In this document: positions 63,339-64,000 of the stretch, piece after piece | Position numbering within the stretch: position 1 is the first letter of the stretch | Layout of the letters: every line of letters starts with the position of its first letter | Source of the DNA: Lineus longissimus | Lineage: Eukaryota | DNA: 64,000 nt | NCBI RefSeq assembly: GCF_910592395.1 | Contig: NC_088308.1 | Span: 1,240,001 to 1,304,000, forward strand | Direction: 5' to 3' | Made by a program: the position numbers and the translations under genes | The notes under the pieces: generated by a model | Databases searched by the model: none | What the model was told of the DNA's origin: nothing | What the model saw: only the letters and a program-made list of their open reading frames with translations

Positions 63339-64000
63339 AACCTCTTACTTACAAGCAATAAGCCCAAGGACTTCTGGTGGTTTCTGCTATCAAAGAGGCT
63401 ACTGATGAAAGACATTCATCTGGGAAGAGTATTATAATTTCTGGACACTGATACGTATTAAAAAGTTATTCGAACTGAAGAACATGAAAACCTTTATAAA
63501 CCAGGACAATTACAATTGCATTGATATCAATGTTTTATGTCAGTGAGGGACTTCATTTTCTCAAGGTAAAACATTTCAGTATCATTTATGCATAATAAGA
63601 AAAGTAACAATATGCAACCATGGTATTTCAAAGTTCCCAGTTATTGCTTTGATATCAAAGATCACCCAGAGTCCGGGGTGGTTCTGGAAGAGCTTAGTGT
63701 CAAAAGACCTAAGCATCAGTGTACTAATCACTGTTTAGGATTTTGGACACTAAGCTTTAGTCACTTATTAGTCAAGACTCTAGTATGCGCATTTCATCCG
63801 TCCAAGTGAATTAGTATTGGCATATTTTACCAAAGATTTCAATGAGTTCTTTCTGAAATTCTAAAATTTGATTGCGAATGTACATGTATGGCATAAAAGG
63901 GCAGTTCTAAAAACTCAGTTTGTCAGTTTGAATTTTTTTTTTTTTAAATGGGAAGATAAAAACCCTAATACATTGTAGAGCCATTCCTGATTATGAAGTG

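Overview
Gene-dense, intron-containing animal (non-vertebrate bilaterian-like; lineage is inference) genomic DNA, not prokaryotic. Seven spliced protein-coding genes can be reconstructed exon by exon: EEF2K (+, 1594-14315), EIF3D (+, 24824-30226/31756), a STYXL1/MK-STYX-like rhodanese+DUSP phosphatase with a giant K/D/E/S-rich exon (-, 36668-44188), SAC3D1 (-, 51096-54585), an effector caspase (+, 54998-58099), NUBP2 (-, 59786-62216) and an MXRA7-like gene (+, 62525-63338). There is also an intact tRNA-Leu(AAG), a tRNA-Pro pseudogene, tandem H/ACA snoRNA candidates in EIF3D introns, several MITEs/SINEs and minisatellites. The most unusual items are: a 3.1-kb Mutator-like element with nested elements and cargo inserted into an E-box of the EIF3D promoter, whose cargo matches an exon-like segment 24 kb away; a decayed antisense B-box/coiled-coil gene array inside an EEF2K intron; a catalytically intact STYXL1-like protein with a myristoylation motif and a skippable 1020-aa charged exon; a beta-TrCP degron at the N-terminus of eEF2K; and a minisatellite built from a SAC3D1 splice donor. 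All gene models were read by eye; no searches or folding programs were run.
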